NCBI GenBank assembly: GCA_019704295.1
Contig: AP024596.1
Location: 544,001 to 608,000, forward strand
Source: Sulfolobales archaeon HS-7
GTDB lineage: Archaea; Thermoproteota; Thermoprotei_A; Sulfolobales; Sulfolobaceae
DNA length: 64,000 bases
Reading direction: 5' to 3'
Part shown: piece after piece, positions 60,848 to 64,000 of the stretch
Layout: each line of letters begins with the position of its first letter
Position numbering within the stretch: the first letter of the stretch is position 1
Translations under genes and position numbers: made by a program
The notes under the pieces: generated by a model
What the model was told of the DNA's origin: nothing
What the model saw: the letters and a program-made list of their open reading frames with translations, nothing else
The model's database searches: none

Positions 60848-61315
60848 TTGAAGTGGTGTTCAGTAATCATCAGAAATGGAAATCAGGTTTTATTACTTCA
60901 TAAGTCAAGGGGGTTGGGAACTGGCCTCATTACTTTTCCAGGGGGTAAAATAGAGGCGAATGAGACGGAAGAAGAGTGCGCTACTAGAGAGTCCAAGGAA
61001 GAAACTGGCGTTATGCCTAACGAACTAAGACAGGTTGCTAAAATAAACTTTAAAAGAGGAAATGAGGTTGACGTGATGTACGTATTTATAGGGACTGCTA
61101 CTGTTAAGAAAATTTACGAAAGTGACGAGGGTGTTACAGAATGGTATAATACCGATAACCTTCCCTTTGATAAGATGTGGCCTGACACCAGATTCTGGGT
61201 AGATTGCATATTAAAAGATAAATTCGTAAACTGTTTATTCGAATTCTCTGAAGATTATTCAAAATTCTTCGGAGGTGAATGTATCGCGACTCCTATAGAA
61301 TTGACAAATAATTAA
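60848..61315 (+). CDS. NUDIX hydrolase, 8-oxo-dGTPase (MTH1-like)
   Basis: K.RG.G, PGGKIE..ETEEECATRESKEETG, MWPD. Confidence 0.85.
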   Translation: MKWCSVIIRNGNQVLLLHKSRGLGTGLITFPGGKIEANETEEECATRESKEETGVMPNELRQVAKINFKRGNEVDVMYVFIGTATVKKIYESDEGVTEWYNTDNLPFDKMWPDTRFWVDCILKDKFVNCLFEFSEDYSKFFGGECIATPIELTNN

Positions 61316-61389
61316 GAACGAGAGGTTTCCTATACGGCCTTCGACAACACACTTTAATAACAAAGAAATATTATACTGTTCCCTGAAAG

Positions 61390-62778
61390 ATGTCGTTAGG
61401 ACTACTACTGTCTGGTATTATATTTATTCCGGCTATTGTTGTGATATTATTACAGATTGGTTTCTATATGTTAGGTCTAAAGAATACAATAAACGTTAAG
61501 CATGTAACAACCTTACCCTCTATCTCAGTGATAATGCCCATTAAGAATGAAGATGTAAATGTTATTCAAGGAGCACTTAATAATATAGCAGAACTGGATT
61601 ATCCAAAAGAGAAAGTTGAACTCGTGATCATATCCGATGATGATCAAGAACGTTTCAACTACATAATGAAGTCCTTAAACTTTCCTTTGGGTCTGGAAGT
61701 TAAGATTGTTAGGAGGGAGGAGAGGAAAGGATTCAAGAGTGGAGCTTTACAATACGGTCTCTACTTATCATCTGGTGAACTTATTCTCTCACTTGATGTA
61801 GACGGCAGACTTAAAAAGAACTCGTTGAGGCGAGCGGTATCAATAATGGAAGATCGAGGATGTGATGCAGTTGTCATGGATTGGAGAGGGTACTCCACAA
61901 ACAACAGTACGCTTTCTAAAGGATTGATAATTGGTACTACACTCGCCAGTGTTTCAGGAATTAAGGGAAGGGATAGGATTGGATTTCAGGTTTTCCCAGT
62001 CGGTTCAGGAACTTTATTCAAAAGGAGTGCTATTGTTGATGTAGGAGGTTGGAATCCATACATAGTTCAAGAGGATTTGGAGATAGGATGCAGAATGTTT
62101 TCTGGTGGGAAGAAGATATGTGGTTCGGACATACCGATAGAAGTTGAAGTACCATCAAGCTTTGAGGCATTCTATATACAACAAACTAGATGGGCCATGG
62201 GATGTATTGAGACAATAGCGCGAAGACTTAAAGATGTAGTGAATTCCAAGATTAGCATACTGAATAAGATAGATGCCATAATTTATCTATTACAATATCT
62301 ACCGGTTTCGTTAACTTTCGTTGGCACTTCCCTACTTGCTATGTTCACCTTATTAGGGTACGCAACATCCATCTCATTACCGTTATTCCTCGTTTGGATA
62401 GCGGTACTGGCGATATACGGTTATCTTTTCTTAAGAGTAGGAAAAAATATAGGCTTCCCCATTAAAGATATTTTATTCTCAATGGGAAGAGTGTCAGCCT
62501 TTACAGCGTCCCTATCTCCTTTTGTATTCTATTGGTCGCTAAAAGGTTTCTCCCGTAAAAGAGAATTTAGAATAACGCCTAAAGGAGGTTCGAGCGTTAA
62601 TTCAAAACTCAACGTTAAACTAATAATTGTAGGATTAGGTTTTCTATATATTTCAACCTCCGTAGTGGCAATAATTAGGGGGGAATTGCTGAGCGGATTG
62701 TGGCTATTTTACTATAGTTCAGCATACATTTACACTGGATTGGTCTCCCTATTAGAAAGTAAATTTAGTAAGAATTGA
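61390..62778 (+). CDS. Glycosyltransferase family 2, membrane-bound (cellulose synthase-like motifs)
   Basis: DD, GFKSGAL, DVD, EDLE, QQTRW, TPK and C-terminal TM helices. Confidence 0.88.
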   Translation: MSLGLLLSGIIFIPAIVVILLQIGFYMLGLKNTINVKHVTTLPSISVIMPIKNEDVNVIQGALNNIAELDYPKEKVELVIISDDDQERFNYIMKSLNFPLGLEVKIVRREERKGFKSGALQYGLYLSSGELILSLDVDGRLKKNSLRRAVSIMEDRGCDAVVMDWRGYSTNNSTLSKGLIIGTTLASVSGIKGRDRIGFQVFPVGSGTLFKRSAIVDVGGWNPYIVQEDLEIGCRMFSGGKKICGSDIPIEVEVPSSFEAFYIQQTRWAMGCIETIARRLKDVVNSKISILNKIDAIIYLLQYLPVSLTFVGTSLLAMFTLLGYATSISLPLFLVWIAVLAIYGYLFLRVGKNIGFPIKDILFSMGRVSAFTASLSPFVFYWSLKGFSRKREFRITPKGGSSVNSKLNVKLIIVGLGFLYISTSVVAIIRGELLSGLWLFYYSSAYIYTGLVSLLESKFSKN

Positions 62779-62779
62779 A

Positions 62780-62863
62780 CGCCGGGAGTGGGATTTGAAC
62801 CCACGCGGGGTTTCCCCCAACGGCTTAGCAGGCCGCCGCCCTACCAGGCTAGGCGATCCCGGC
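62780..62863 (-). tRNA. tRNA-Ser(GCT)
   Basis: GCCGGGA/TCCCGGC acceptor stem, anticodon loop CTGCTAA, long variable arm GGGG-AAA-CCCC, GGTTCAAATCC. Confidence 0.96.
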
Positions 62864-63360
62864 TTACAAGAATGTATAGAAAGAAAATAATTAAAAACCT
62901 TTCACTCCGTTTTGAAAGAGTTAGGTTAAAATATTATAACCAGTTTGCGAAGAGAAACTAATACTACGTTTGAAGGAACTTCCAATCTATCAACATTTCC
63001 TGACCTTAAGTATAACGGAGTTAATACGTCTTAAGAGGTTGTATCTCTCATTTGGTGGGCATAGGTATAGCTGACGAGATACGTGAAATAAGGGTCTTTC
63101 GTTAACAACCTCTATTCGCCTAAGGGGGAAGTGTTAAATGACCCCTCCACAGTCCCATTAAGCCCTCACTAATGCTGAGGAATGGTTAGTAGCCCTAATG
63201 GATTTTTATAAATATGGTGGGTTATCTACCCTAACGGATCTACCACCCCATTAACCCATCTTTATAAGGTGATGAAGAGTATAAGGGTGAAAGGTCAACC
63301 TATACAATTATTTCCGTATTGTTACCTGGTGAAAAGTTGTCGAACTTCTTATAGAGATCA

Positions 63361-64000
63361 TCACCTAACCCCTAATATCTTGTGAAACTGGGGCAGAACT
63401 CTAAAGTTATATCCTAACTTGGTAACCCATTCAGAGAGTTCTAATAACGCGTTAATATAGTCGCTACGGTTACCGTCAGGTTGAACTATTACCTTTTGTT
63501 CGCTAATTCCCTGGAATTGCACGAACTCCTTTATCTCCTTTAAATCGAATTCCGGATTTACAACAACGAACTTATAATAGGTGGCCCAATCGTCGTTTCT
63601 AAAGTCATATTTAGGTTTAAATCCACTATTACTCAGCTTAGGCGATACTGAGAAGAAATCAACGTACTTTCTAAGTTCCTCTCGGGGTTTTATAGTGCCA
63701 CTAGTTTCTAGTGCTACGATATATCCAGCTTGTTTTAGTTTAACAACGAGTTCGACAATATCTTGAAGTAGGGGTTCACCCCCAGTTATCGTCGTTAATT
63801 TAACTTCTGGAGAAATTTGACTTAGGATTTCTTCACTATTCATTTTCTTCCCATCCCGCATGTACCAAGAATACTTAGTATCGCACCAAACACATCTTAG
63901 ATTACAGCCCGCAAGCCTAACAAAATTTGACGGTCTTCCTATGAGAAGACCCTCTCCCTGTATAGACGTAAATATCTCTATAATATAGTAGTACCTTCTT
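63361..64000 (-). CDS. queE: 7-carboxy-7-deazaguanine synthase; start lies beyond the window end
   Basis: The frame extends upstream of the ORF-track start: EIFTSIQGEG..G.P..FVRLAGCNLRCVWCDT; also TGGEP, ETSG, SPK, PQFHK. Confidence 0.93.
   Translation of the reverse strand, partial: RRYYYIIEIFTSIQGEGLLIGRPSNFVRLAGCNLRCVWCDTKYSWYMRDGKKMNSEEILSQISPEVKLTTITGGEPLLQDIVELVVKLKQAGYIVALETSGTIKPREELRKYVDFFSVSPKLSNSGFKPKYDFRNDDWATYYKFVVVNPEFDLKEIKEFVQFQGISEQKVIVQPDGNRSDYINALLELSEWVTKLGYNFRVLPQFHKILGVR

Noticed and set aside
62880-63360. Integrated element next to tRNA-Ser
   Set aside because: No integrase and no duplicated tRNA fragment; the tRNA 3' end abuts the GT2 gene.

Overview
Archaeal chromosomal window, almost certainly Sulfolobales: leaderless TATA promoters, FBP aldolase/phosphatase, S17e, Urm1-Cgi121, pelota, Thr/Pro-tailed ABC binding proteins. 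It has about 55 protein genes. These cover alpha-glucan/trehalose metabolism (two GH15, a GH133 debranching enzyme, TreT-OrfY, glucose dehydrogenase), dTDP-sugar synthesis (rmlA/B/D), two Opp/Dpp-class ABC clusters, a four-gene lipoate assembly cluster, and translation/tRNA-modification genes. There are two tRNAs: Trp-CCA, with a 55-nt intron that carries guide sequences, and Ser-GCT. No CRISPR array, rRNA or intact transposase is visible. The most striking unexplained structure is non-coding: at least seven protein-free or decayed IS200/IS605/IS607-type elements in three sequence families. They keep their right ends and the putative TnpB omegaRNA region but have no intact tnpB. They include two homologous ~280-bp cassettes with a TATA box plus RNA scaffold, and an SMN1-like mini-element inserted after TTTAA. 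Other leads are an ABC ATPase that appears to start at ACG, a frameshifted anion transporter, candidate C/D-box and K-turn sRNAs, a triple TTATAACT repeat over the thi4 promoter, and a degenerate PduO-like protein. Family assignments come from motif recognition by eye, not database searches.
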